Virus record (IMG/VR): IMGVR_UViG_3300035665_000001 | Location: 1 to 64,000 of that record | Strand: one strand, 5' to 3' | Length of the DNA: 64,000 nt | Part shown: piece by piece, positions 50,682 to 61,700 of the stretch | Position numbering within the stretch: position 1 is the first letter of the stretch | Layout: the number at the start of each line of letters is the position of its first letter | The notes under the pieces: generated by a model | Seen by the model: the letters and a program-made list of their open reading frames with translations, nothing else | What the model was told of the DNA's origin: nothing | The model's database searches: none | Made by a program: the position numbers and the translations under genes

Positions 50682-50713
50682 GAAAATACCCAATTTCGAT
50701 TGGGTATTTTTTT
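50682..50713 (+). terminator. Rho-independent terminator after tail sheath
   Basis: AAAATACCCAAT-TTCG-ATTGGGTATTTT plus T-run. Confidence 0.85.
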
Positions 50714-50714
50714 G

Positions 50715-50779
50715 TCTTTTTATCCTATTAGTGTTTTAACTATATTATACTATACGAATACGCTAATAGGATAAAAAGA
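50715..50779 (+). promoter_or_regulatory. Hairpin sequestering the RBS and start of the endonuclease gene
   Basis: 17-bp perfect inverted repeat TCTTTTTATCCTATTAG / CTAATAGGATAAAAAGA covering AGGA and the A of ATG. Confidence 0.75.
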
Positions 50780-51846
50780 TGAATGAGATTAAAAACCCAA
50801 CTCAATTACTAGCATCATTTCCACAATTGGGTTTCAATTTGGATAATTATGATATTGTTGCAAAATACGCAGGCTTTTTGGAATATGTGTTAGATGAAGA
50901 AATATTATTAAATATAGATAATGTACGATTACATGTTAGGGAATTTTTTAAAGAAGAATATGGTGTAACCTTTCCAAGGGTAAGTAAAAATTCATCAAAA
51001 TTTTGGATTGCTAGAGGCTTTTCTGAAGAAGAAGCGAAAATAAGAACTAAAGAATTTTATGATACTAAGATAAAAAATAACCGTGTATTGCCAACTCAAC
51101 TGCAATACTATCTGAATAAAGGTATGTCAGAAGAAGATGCTAAACAGGCTCTTAAAGATGAGCAAACCAAGCGTGTAAAAAAATTAACGGATAAAGAAAT
51201 AGCTAACCCAATGCTGAGAAAGCAACGTTTGTGGAATAATATCGAATATTGGTTGAATAAAGGTTTCACTGAGATTCAAGGGATGCAACTTATTGAAGAA
51301 AAGTTTAAATCTAGAAATCTTCAAACGATGGTTAAATTAACTAAAAAATTCCAAGATAAAGGCTTGAATTATGATGATGCACTAGAAAGTGCTCAAAAAG
51401 ATTATAAAAAGAGAGCAAAGAAAACTATGGATACTAGAATAGAAAATAATTCTTTTGGGTTTCAAAAAGCGTCAAAACAATCCTTGAAAGTTTTTCAACC
51501 GTTGATGGATAAGTTAGATGATGAAAGCATCGAGTATTTTGTGGGTGTTGAAGGCAACACAGAATACTTCTTAGCCTCCGGAACAGAATATTTCTACTCC
51601 TATGATTTTTGTGTTCCATCTAAAAAATTAATAATAGAATATCATGGTGAACACACCCACCCTAATCCTAATATGGATCCAGAAAGTTGGAAAAATTGGA
51701 AACATTGCTGGACTAAAAAATCAGCCAATGAGTGTAGAGCGAAGGATTTGAAAAAGATTAGATTAGCAGAGAACAAAGGATATAAGGTAATTGAAATTTT
51801 TGAAAGTGATAATTATGATTTATTGTCTTATCTTTTAGAAAACTAA
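50779..51846 (+). CDS. Putative free-standing homing endonuclease (PD-(D/E)XK/Vsr-like) with repeated (F/Y)W..(K/R)G.(S/T)EEEA motifs
   Basis: SYDFCVPSKKLIIEYHGEHTHPNP...DLKKIRLAENKGYKVIEIFESD; three N-terminal repeats. Confidence 0.75.
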   Translation: MNEIKNPTQLLASFPQLGFNLDNYDIVAKYAGFLEYVLDEEILLNIDNVRLHVREFFKEEYGVTFPRVSKNSSKFWIARGFSEEEAKIRTKEFYDTKIKNNRVLPTQLQYYLNKGMSEEDAKQALKDEQTKRVKKLTDKEIANPMLRKQRLWNNIEYWLNKGFTEIQGMQLIEEKFKSRNLQTMVKLTKKFQDKGLNYDDALESAQKDYKKRAKKTMDTRIENNSFGFQKASKQSLKVFQPLMDKLDDESIEYFVGVEGNTEYFLASGTEYFYSYDFCVPSKKLIIEYHGEHTHPNPNMDPESWKNWKHCWTKKSANECRAKDLKKIRLAENKGYKVIEIFESDNYDLLSYLLEN

Positions 51847-51868
51847 CTAATTTAGATACATTTAGGTT

Positions 51869-51897
51869 AAAAGGGATTTTTTAAAATCCCTTTTTTA
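51869..51897. terminator. Bidirectional terminator between convergent genes
   Basis: AAAAGGGATTTT..AAAATCCCTTTTTT. Confidence 0.75.
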
Positions 51898-51904
51898 TGT
51901 GTGA

Positions 51905-52198
51905 TTAAGAATATTTGTCAATATTTAATGTGGTGAATACTCGACTGTTATCATATTCAAGAAAACTATCGTCAAGGTTATGTATTGTGGATTCATCGAC
52001 AATAACAGAATATTTAATTTTCCCATAAGAAAAAACGATATTTCTTACAATTCCAGTTAATATTTGTGATGGGAATTTAACTAATACAGGTTCACCAATT
52101 CTAAATTTACTCTCATTGGAAAAACAGTTGGTTTCATAATCATCTAAAGCATGTTTATATTGCATATCTCGATATACATCAACACAAACGTCTATCAT
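51905..52198 (-). CDS. Hypothetical protein
   Basis: 97-aa ORF; SKFRIGEPV SH3-like start. Confidence 0.6.
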   Translation of the reverse strand: MIDVCVDVYRDMQYKHALDDYETNCFSNESKFRIGEPVLVKFPSQILTGIVRNIVFSYGKIKYSVIVDESTIHNLDDSFLEYDNSRVFTTLNIDKYS

Positions 52199-52217
52199 TT
52201 TTACATTTCCTCATTCA

Positions 52218-52439
52218 TCATCGTTTATTAGATTTTTTAATTTCTTCATTTTCTTTTTCACGTTGGATAACTAACTGATCTATCCAAAATTTTCGTTCAT
52301 CTGGTGTCATCATCATAGTTTCACTGCGTTGTGTATGCATGTGATAATTTAATGCCCACACTTCAAAAAGTATATTTTCGGATTGTTGTTTTAGAGATTT
52401 TAATATTGGTAAAACATCTTTTGCTCTAAAATTCTTCAA
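52218..52439 (-). CDS. Small baseplate-hub assembly protein (gp51-like)
   Basis: MMTPDERKFWIDQL..QREKENE pattern; coupled to the gp26-like gene. Confidence 0.6.
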   Translation of the reverse strand: MKNFRAKDVLPILKSLKQQSENILFEVWALNYHMHTQRSETMMMTPDERKFWIDQLVIQREKENEEIKKSNKR

Positions 52440-53227
52440 CCCTCTTCGGAGAAAAAATTTGTAATATCCACCACAACATCGGTTTTTTCTTTATAACCAC
52501 AATGTGAACATTTCACATCTAAATCCATAACGGTACCAATTTTATTAACCTCTGTAAAATGATTAACAATAAACTTAAAATCTTTTGGGTTTGTTTGTTC
52601 GACCCATTGAGCGATTAACATTTTATCGGTTACTGTGTTCTTACTACCATTGAATTCAACATCAACTCGCTGAATACAACTTACAATTTTATCCAATTGT
52701 TCAGAAATATCATTATCATTAGCTTTTTGAATTTCAACAGCCTCTTTAAAAATAATAGGAATCATAAAAATTTCATAATTCTTAAATTTCAACATCAGCT
52801 GATCAAATGATTCTAATCTTCTAACAGGTAATTTAGTATAATCCACTTTTATTTCATTATGACTATTACATTCCGAACATACCCAACTAACTTTAGTCAT
52901 ATTACCATAAGTTAACACTCTAGCCTGTAACAACATTGATTCAACGTCAGCCCTAATCAACATTTCGGGTTTTTTCAATCCTAATATTGTATTTTTCAAA
53001 ATAATCATTGGAGCTTTTAAATCTTCTACTAATTTCTGATCAGTCCATATTAATTCATCTTTAGTGGTTAAAGATCTAACCTGCACAATACCATCGGGGG
53101 TTATTCCATTCTCTTGAAAAATATCATGCACACTACCATCCTCAAAATATGGAATTCCCTTTGAAGGTAAAACCATCTCATAGTAAGTTGGTTCCTGGGT
53201 TTGTAAAAGTGGGTTAAATTGACTCAT
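52436..53227 (-). CDS. Baseplate hub protein (gp26-like)
   Basis: LPSKG..VRSLTTKDEL..D..MLLQARVLTYG..CSEC...CSHC...TNFF. Confidence 0.8.
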   Translation of the reverse strand: MSQFNPLLQTQEPTYYEMVLPSKGIPYFEDGSVHDIFQENGITPDGIVQVRSLTTKDELIWTDQKLVEDLKAPMIILKNTILGLKKPEMLIRADVESMLLQARVLTYGNMTKVSWVCSECNSHNEIKVDYTKLPVRRLESFDQLMLKFKNYEIFMIPIIFKEAVEIQKANDNDISEQLDKIVSCIQRVDVEFNGSKNTVTDKMLIAQWVEQTNPKDFKFIVNHFTEVNKIGTVMDLDVKCSHCGYKEKTDVVVDITNFFSEEG

Positions 53228-53403
53228 TTAAAAAATCTCCTTTTGAAATTTTATTTTTAGGTTATTTTACATTAATACATTTATTTATTAGAAAATTGTT
53301 TGGTTTTTTAAATAATTGAATAAATAAATAAAAATTATGATGGCATTGATATAAATAATAACAGATAGTTAAGAACTGGCTAAAGGCTTAAAGGAGAAAT
53401 ATA

Positions 53404-54432
53404 ATGAAATTTGTTGAAATCGTGGAAATGGTTAGTGATATTGAATCAAAGTGTGAACATCTAACCGATGCTAAATTAGAATTACTTGAAGCAATTCTAA
53501 CAGAAGGGTCGGAAACTTCATTTGATTTAATGCACCATATTGATTATTTAGTAGAATTTGTTTCAGCTTATTCTGATAAAAATGCTAGAACAATTACAGA
53601 ATCAGTAAATTGTGGTAAAGTATTAGATGTAGTATTACAAGCAGTCCAAAGAAATACAAGAGATATGAATGCTTTTGTTACTGAAGCGTTAAATGGTGTT
53701 GGTGAAATTGATGTAGAATTATCACAAGATGAAACTAAATCGGTTACTCTACTTTCAATCGTAACAAACGCATTAACTGAAATGTATGGTATCAGTGAAG
53801 TAGAAAATATGCCAGCTGAAATGATTTTTGATATTGTTAATGAAGTCAAAAATTTAAAAATTAATGATGAAACCGATGAAATGGATTTATCTGAAATTGT
53901 TGAAGAAATTTCAGAAGCTTTAAAATCAGCAATCAGAGATGGTTCAATTGATTTTGACACCGATAATTATACAGGTGAAACATTATCAGAATTCTTAGAT
54001 GATTATACTGATACAGCTGATTTATTAGAAGAAATGGCGAAGGTTAATGAAGAAACTTTATCAGAATCAAAAGATAAAGATGGTGTTCGTCTTATGAAAA
54101 AAGCAAAAGATGCATCAATGTTAATTGAAAGCAAATATAAAAATTGTGCTAAAGGTGATGTTGAATGTATGAAGAAAAAAGCGAAAGCTGCTAAAGAATG
54201 GTATTCTAAACATGAAATGCCTGGTGGAGTTGACGTAAATAAAGTTAACCTTATTGGACGTTTAGGTGCACACATCCGTGTTGCTAAAAAAGCATTCAAA
54301 AAATTCCACGGAAAAGATCCCACACCAGATTTGATCCAATATGTTTGGGTTCCTGGAATCATTAAAAGAATGAGAATGAAAAATGCTAAATTGAAAGGTA
54401 AAGCAATGATTAAAAAACAAGGAATGAAATAA
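53404..54432 (+). CDS. Late protein, possible prohead core/scaffold
   Basis: Acidic, LxE-rich N-terminal two-thirds and basic C-terminus; TATAAATA at 53350-53357. Confidence 0.6.
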   Translation: MKFVEIVEMVSDIESKCEHLTDAKLELLEAILTEGSETSFDLMHHIDYLVEFVSAYSDKNARTITESVNCGKVLDVVLQAVQRNTRDMNAFVTEALNGVGEIDVELSQDETKSVTLLSIVTNALTEMYGISEVENMPAEMIFDIVNEVKNLKINDETDEMDLSEIVEEISEALKSAIRDGSIDFDTDNYTGETLSEFLDDYTDTADLLEEMAKVNEETLSESKDKDGVRLMKKAKDASMLIESKYKNCAKGDVECMKKKAKAAKEWYSKHEMPGGVDVNKVNLIGRLGAHIRVAKKAFKKFHGKDPTPDLIQYVWVPGIIKRMRMKNAKLKGKAMIKKQGMK

Positions 54433-54517
54433 TTTTTTCATAGTTTGTTTTAAAAAAGGGGGAATATAATTTCCCTTTTTTTTGCATTTTAAAATTAATT
54501 TTTTGAGAATACACATC

Positions 54518-55183
54518 ATGATTGTTACAATAAAACCAAAAATTGATAGTAAATTGAAAATAATGTTTGATAAATTATTATCGACTACAGACAAAACATT
54601 ACCATTACATTTTAAATTTTTAAAAAATTTAACAGTCGAGTTACGTGAACAGTTTATGCAATACTTTTCATATACTACCAAATATGATTTAAAAGAATAT
54701 AATTTACTACACCGGAAATATAAAAATAACGAAAATATGCTCATTGATGCGATTCTTGATATGGTTACAGATTATAAAGATAGTGCTGTGTGGAAAACAA
54801 ATCATCTTGAAAAAATGAGAGGCATTTATTTAGGTTCAATGTACCAAATAAAATACAAAAATTACCACCATGATCCATTTCCACTCGTAATTTTTCTAAA
54901 CAGTTATGATGTAAATCATCAAAATTTTCAAGCAATAAATTTACACTATTTTTTTCCACAATACCGAGACTATTTAATAACTCAAATTCTAAGAATAAAC
55001 CAACCTAGAATAAAAAGTGGTAAGGAACCAATATTAACATTGCCTATAGTAAACAAATTAATACCAAGTGTAGGTATGGCTTATAGAAACTATAAGGCAG
55101 AAGAAATAAAAGTAATTGAAAGAATCAGTTACACCCGGTGGAAAACCTATTTACAAATCGATCATAGACAGGTTATACTATGA
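54518..55183 (+). CDS. DNA end protector protein (T4 gp2-like)
   Basis: HDPFPLVIFL...FQAINLHYF.P..R..L...AYRNY matches the gp2 pattern; start uncertain. Confidence 0.65.
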   Translation: MIVTIKPKIDSKLKIMFDKLLSTTDKTLPLHFKFLKNLTVELREQFMQYFSYTTKYDLKEYNLLHRKYKNNENMLIDAILDMVTDYKDSAVWKTNHLEKMRGIYLGSMYQIKYKNYHHDPFPLVIFLNSYDVNHQNFQAINLHYFFPQYRDYLITQILRINQPRIKSGKEPILTLPIVNKLIPSVGMAYRNYKAEEIKVIERISYTRWKTYLQIDHRQVIL

Positions 55184-55245
55184 TTTTTTTATTACTGATT
55201 ATACTAACAAGGTGAATAAATAGAAATAGTTATAACATTGAGCAG

Positions 55246-55698
55246 ATGGGAAAAAATATGAGAATTTATAATACACTTAAAAAAATGATTACTAACACGG
55301 ATTCTAATGAAATTAGTGATGATTATGGTTTGACCGACAATTTCTCAGCATGTGGTATAAAAGTAAAGCTATCAAAAAAAGAATATTCTATATGGTCAAA
55401 ACAATATTTCCAAGGAAGCACATCATATAAAATATTCTTTAACAAGGTATATAATAAAAATTTAATGAGAATGCAAACCATTATCGATGATGCGTATGCA
55501 CTTGCAAAACAGGGATGTGTTATGCAAGAAACTTATGTAAGTTTCTATTTAGATGAATACAATTTTATAGAAATACCATTTGATATATTCTCAATAAATT
55601 ATGATATAAGTGATGCTTCAAAACGTATGACTCAATGGGATATATCTAATAGAAAACGAATTCTAAAAAAATACCCAGAATATGAAACAGATAATTAG
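55246..55698 (+). CDS. Hypothetical protein
   Basis: 150-aa ORF. Confidence 0.65.
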   Translation: MGKNMRIYNTLKKMITNTDSNEISDDYGLTDNFSACGIKVKLSKKEYSIWSKQYFQGSTSYKIFFNKVYNKNLMRMQTIIDDAYALAKQGCVMQETYVSFYLDEYNFIEIPFDIFSINYDISDASKRMTQWDISNRKRILKKYPEYETDN

Positions 55699-55748
55699 TC
55701 ACATATGAAAAAATTACTGACCGTTAGAGTTTATAAAGGAATATACTA

Positions 55749-58700
55749 ATGCCAATTAACAACAGAGCAATACAAGTAGAAACATCTGAATTTACCGACA
55801 GAATTAAAGATGCTGGAAATGATTTAGCAGAATTATCATATGTTATGCGGGATTTGGAATCAACATTAAATAATTCTAAAACAAGAAAGGCAGAACTTGC
55901 AAGACAAAAACTTACCGGTAGATTAACCGACGAGGAAGAAGCTGCATTGACAGCATTGACAGCTCAAATTGAAGCATTAGACGCAGTTAGAAAAAGAGGT
56001 GCACAAAAAGCAAAAAAATTAGATGCTCTGCAAGAATCTTTGGGTAGAAATATGGTAAACAGAGATCGGATGCTAGGTGATTCAATGACTGGCGTTCGTG
56101 GTGCATTGTTTCACGGTATGCGAGGTGTTCAAGCATTTACTGGTTCACTTGGTAACGTAGGAGAAAGTCTTTCCGAATTAAACACCGTAGTAGGTAGTAC
56201 AGGAACACAATTAAACAAGTCGTCCCAGGATTTATCCATAGTATTTGGTAAATTAGCAGATGCAGTATTAAGAGCCCGTGGACCATTTGCAATATTAGCA
56301 GCCGTAATAGGTGCAGCAGGTATTGCAGTAAAAAGGTATCACGATAGATTGGCAATCGCCCGAGACATGGGTGGTGGTGCTGGTTTATCTCGTGATTTAC
56401 AAAGTATGTCCACCAAACTAAATGTTGATCCTGACCAGTTAAAAGCATTGTCAAATACTATATCCGAAAGTTTTAACGTATCAATGACTAACAATCAAAA
56501 AGAAATCGCTAAGGTCTCTTTAAAAAATCAATTAGATGAAAAAGTTATGGGTAAAGAATATGCAGAAGATTCTATGGCATCAATGGCGGAATTAAAAGAT
56601 TCATTCACTGCAAATTCTCCAACAGCATTATTAACAAAAATGTCATCAGCTACGTCCGTTTTAGCTAAAACTATGGGTATTAGTAATAAGATGGCACTTG
56701 CACATATCAAGGCAATAAATCAAAATACAAAGGAACTTGCAGGTGAAGAAAATAGTGATGTTCAAGAGGCTATAAATGAAGGATTCATGGAAATGTCAGC
56801 TGGTTGGGATGCTAGTGGTTATGACCAAGAAACTCAGAAAAAACTAAGGGATACAGCAACTCAAAATCTTTCAGATGATAAGGTTGGGCACTCTGGAATC
56901 AGATTGCAAGAAAGTTTACATGATGGTTCTAAAGGTGGTCAAATACTACAGGCTAAAATGGAAAAAGCCAATATATCTGCTGACGATGCGTCTAAGTTAT
57001 ATCAGCGAAAATCGATGGGTGCCGTTATGACACCCGACGAAATGAAAAAACTTGCAATGCTTTCACAAATGCAGGCTGAAGCCGATGCAATCACAATGGA
57101 AGATCTTAGTAAAACTGCCAGAGAAAAAAGAGGAACAGCAGAAGGTACAGATGCAGAAAACAAACTAAGAATTCTCAGAGATAACGGGGCAAAACAAAAT
57201 TCTGGTGTTGCAAATGCCACCAATAAATCCTCAGTCAATGATATTTTATCCAAATCTGCAGCAGGTGATAAATCCTATGCCGCAAACAAGGATAGTGAAA
57301 AAAATACAGCTGCACTTAATAAACTCGTTGCTGGTATGGGGATAAAAAATTCTAAAGATAAAGATGATTTTTTAAAAACCTTACAGAATAGCCAACAAGA
57401 AGCAGAAAAAATAGGATTTGATAAAGATAAGTATAATAAGGCTTTACGTACACAAAGAGAGGCAATATTAAATAAAAACGGTGTGGCACTTTCTGGAAAA
57501 GAATCAGATAGTGAAATTGAAGCTAAATTCAACGAAAAAACTTCTACGGATCAACAGGAGTCTGCGAAAGATTCTGCGTTTTCAGCTGCATTAGACACTA
57601 ATAAATTAACTTCATTTATAGATAATTCTGCTACTTCAGGTGCTACTCTTGCAGGTAAAACAGTGCAAGGTCAAGACTTTAGAAACAATACAAGCGAAAA
57701 AACTTTAGCTGAAAACGAATTAACAGCTAACATGACTGGTGCTGAACAGGTAGAAAGAAAATTAGCAACCTTAGCTAGTGGTGCATTAGATACATTTGAA
57801 AATAAAATAATGGAAGTGGTAGAAAAAGCTATTGATCCTATAAACAAAGCAATAGATGGTTTAGTTAAGTCATTTACCTGGTTAAAAACTACATTAGACC
57901 CATTATTTACCGCAATAGGTGAATTATACGATAAAAATTTAAAACCCGTAATTGATAGATTTACCGCATGGTTTTCAACTGAAGGAATGGATAAACTAAA
58001 ATCATCGTTTGAAACTTTTGTAAATTGGTTATCATCTGTAACAACAAAGTTAGGTCCTATTTTTTCAGCAGTGACCGATTGGGGTGAAAAACATATTTTA
58101 CCCTTATTCAAAAAAATTGGAAATATTGCTGCAGCTTTATTTGGTGCTGCAGTAGATGTAGGAGAAGGGGTTGCAGGTGGTGTAACATCCGATACTGGAA
58201 CAGCAGCAATTGTAGGTTCCTTTAAACTATTAGGGGGCATAGTGGATGCAGTCACCAATAATTTGGAAATATTATTGACTGTATATGCAGGTCTTAAAAC
58301 TGCAATGTTGGCAGAAACATCAGCAAGATGGTTGATGGCAAAAAAACAGCAAATCTCATCTGCTATACCTGAGGTTACAGGTAGAGTAAGAGGTGCAGGA
58401 TCAAAACTTGGAAAAGCAGCTTTATATGCAGGTGCAGCTTATGGTGCAGCACATCTTATGAGTTCAGATGCACAGGCAGATGATGGTAGTGAAGGAGAAG
58501 ATAATAAATCAACTATTGAAAAAGTAATTGATAGTCCTGTTACTGATATAGCTTTGATGGCTGGTCCAATGCTCAAAAACTTAATTCCTGGCATTGGAAC
58601 TACACTAATGACCGCGTTAAGTGGTTTAGGTCCATTAGTATTAAGTGCATTGAGTGGTTTGGGTTCATTCTTAATGAGTACACTTACTCTAGCTGGACCA

Positions 58701-61700
58701 GCAATTATGACTGCACTAGGTACAATCGGTACTACTATCGCTACTGCACTTTCACCACTTTTATTACCAATTGCCGGAGTAGTTGCTGCAATTGCAGCGG
58801 CAGTTTTATTATTCAAAGGATGGAATAATGCTGCTGAAGATTTCAAAGATTCTGAAGAAATGAAGGAAAAAAGAAAGTTATTAGAAACTAATACTCCAGA
58901 AGCGAAGGCTTATGCAGAATCAATTTCTGAAACTGGGAAAGCTTTTTGGGATGGCAAAAAATACGTTGATGAATTTGGTAAAACTATAGAGGCACAACCG
59001 TCATTATTGCAAAAAACATCAAGTGCTCTATCTGCTCTATCGTTAGGTTTTTTTGATCCTGTAAAAATAGAAGCTAGTTTAAGCTCTATTGGTACGATGT
59101 GGAATTCGATGTTGGAGTTCTTTAAAAACATCGATCTCGCAAAAATATTCAGTGATTTATGGACAAGTGTTACTAATTATTTTACCGAAGCAAAAGTTCA
59201 CTTAGTTGAAATATTCTCAGGTTACTCAGAAATTTTTACAGCACCATTTAAAGCAGTTCAAGCCTGGTTTAACGGCGAAATGTCATTTAAAGAGGCTCTA
59301 GAAGTAGCATGGCAAGGAATACAAGGTGGGTTTGGAAAAATAGCTGAAAATCTTGGTGAATTATTAACAATGCCTTTTAGAACTGTTCTTAATTTTTTAG
59401 AAACGGGAATAAAAAACTTAACATCTCATTTACCATCATGGTTAGGTGGTAGAGATGATAAAAAAGAAGAAGAGGCTAAAAAAGAAGAGTCCAAAAAAGA
59501 AGAAAATAAAAGTAGTTGGTTTAGTAGACTTTTACCAATTTCATCCGCACATGCAGATGAATTACCAAAAGATGGAAAATTACCTCCTGCATTTGTACCA
59601 CCACAAGCTAGTAATTTAACTACGAGTGATATTGAGCTTGAGAAAAAAGAAAAAGAGAAAGCAACAATTGAAAAACAAACTAAAAATTTAGAGTTGGCTA
59701 AAACTAATGAAGATGCTGCACAAATAGAAGCAGAAAAAGCTGAGTTAGAAAGAATCAATAAATTGAAATCATTGGATGATTTAAAACTTCAATTGAATGA
59801 AAATGAAAAAATAGCATTAGAAAGAGAAAAAATTGAAAAAGATGCAAAAGATAATAAAGATGCTGCTATAAAAGCTAATCTTGACAAAGCAAAAATTGAA
59901 AAAGAGGCTGCTGAGAAAGCGTTAGAAGATGCAAAGAATGCATCTAATCAACCATCATTCTTTGCATCATTAGGAACATTTTTCTCATCATTAGCTGGGT
60001 CAGCACAATCATCTATTGGTGATATGGTAAGTTCTGCAAAACAATCAGTTAACAATGGTTCTCTAATCAAGGATATAGGTACAGGAATCAAAGATACTAC
60101 TAGTAGTGTTGGTGATTACGCAACAAAAAAATATAATCAATTTAAATTTAATGAGGTTGACGCAGCATTAGCCTTCCAAGGTGGTGCATCGATAAAAGGA
60201 CTTAGTGACGTCCAAACCAGAGCATTAGCAGCAAATACGGCAAAAACTGAAAGTGGTGGTAGAATAGATGCAGACAATAATCAGGGGTATTTTGGTCAAT
60301 ATCAATTTGGTGCTGAAGCTTTAGCTGAAAGTGGATTAGTTGATAAAGAAAAACTAGCAGCTGCAAAAAAAGCATCTAAGGGTGGCTGGTACAAAAAACG
60401 ATCTTCAGATGGATCTATGGGTGGTCATGAAGCATTTTTAAGAGACAAATCTAATTGGAAAATTCAAGGTGGGTTAGATGAGTTTTTAAAAAATAAAGAA
60501 TTACAGGATAAATCTTTCATTACATACACAAATAAAAACGTTGCAGGTGGATTTAGAAGTGGTGCACTTTCAGAAAATGATGATGCTGGAAAAATTGCAG
60601 GTTATTCTAAGGCTGCACATTTAAAAGGTGTTGGTGGTGCAAACAAGCTATTTAAACAGGGTGTTGCTTCTTACGATGGTAATGGTAAATCTACTGTTAC
60701 ATATGCTAAACAAGCAACAGATGCAATGGATAGCACTGTACATGCTATAAATGAAAGAATTGGGAAAGGTGGTAAACCAGAACAACCACCATCTCTATTA
60801 GCTAAAGTAGGTCACGCGTTAAATCCAATAAAATCTGCATCTGCCGATGAGTTTAATCCAGGGATAGTGAATACTTCGGAAATGTCAAATAATCTTGTTG
60901 CTGGTGTTAATTCCGCACTTTATAAAGGTGTTAATGATGATATTGCCCGTGGTGTGAAATATAAAATGGGTTCGAGAGATTCATCTAGTGGAGCGATAGA
61001 CTGTTCTGGGTTTGTTTTGGAACAAATGCAATGTGTTAAGGATGCAATCAATGACCCATCACAGATTTCAGATGCAATGAAAGCTATGAAAAAGGGTAAC
61101 ACTGCTGCTGGTATTACTCAAGAACTTGCAAAATTATCTGGCAAAGAATTAACAGGTAAGGATGTTAATGCTGCAAATTTAAAAGAAGGTATGACCATTG
61201 GTATTGATAACAATAAGGCTAATAACAATGACCGATACAAAGGTATTGATCATATTGCTCAAGTTGTAAAAGATCCAAATACTGGTGAATTGATGGTTAG
61301 TCATTCAGGTAGTAAAGGTCCAACAATGTTACCTGTTGAAAAATTCCTGAAGCAAAATGCAGGAAACGATATGACTGCTGTGGATCCTTTATTTAATGTT
61401 CGTGGTAAAGAAAATTCACCAATTACTTCAAATGGTAATGCAACACAAGCTATTTCAATACCAACTCAACAGGCAACTCAACAAGAAACCCAACAAGCGT
61501 ACCAACAACTGGCAACGGTTCCAATGAGTGAAGATGATGTCCTTTCTGTATTAAAAGCTATTTTAACAACACTAAGACAATCAAATGGTATTTCGGGTCC
61601 TGCATCAACACCTATTAATTCAACACCTACAGCACCAGTTAATAATGTGGTAACAACACCACTGACCGATTCTTCGACCACACAAAGTGTTGTTCAAACA

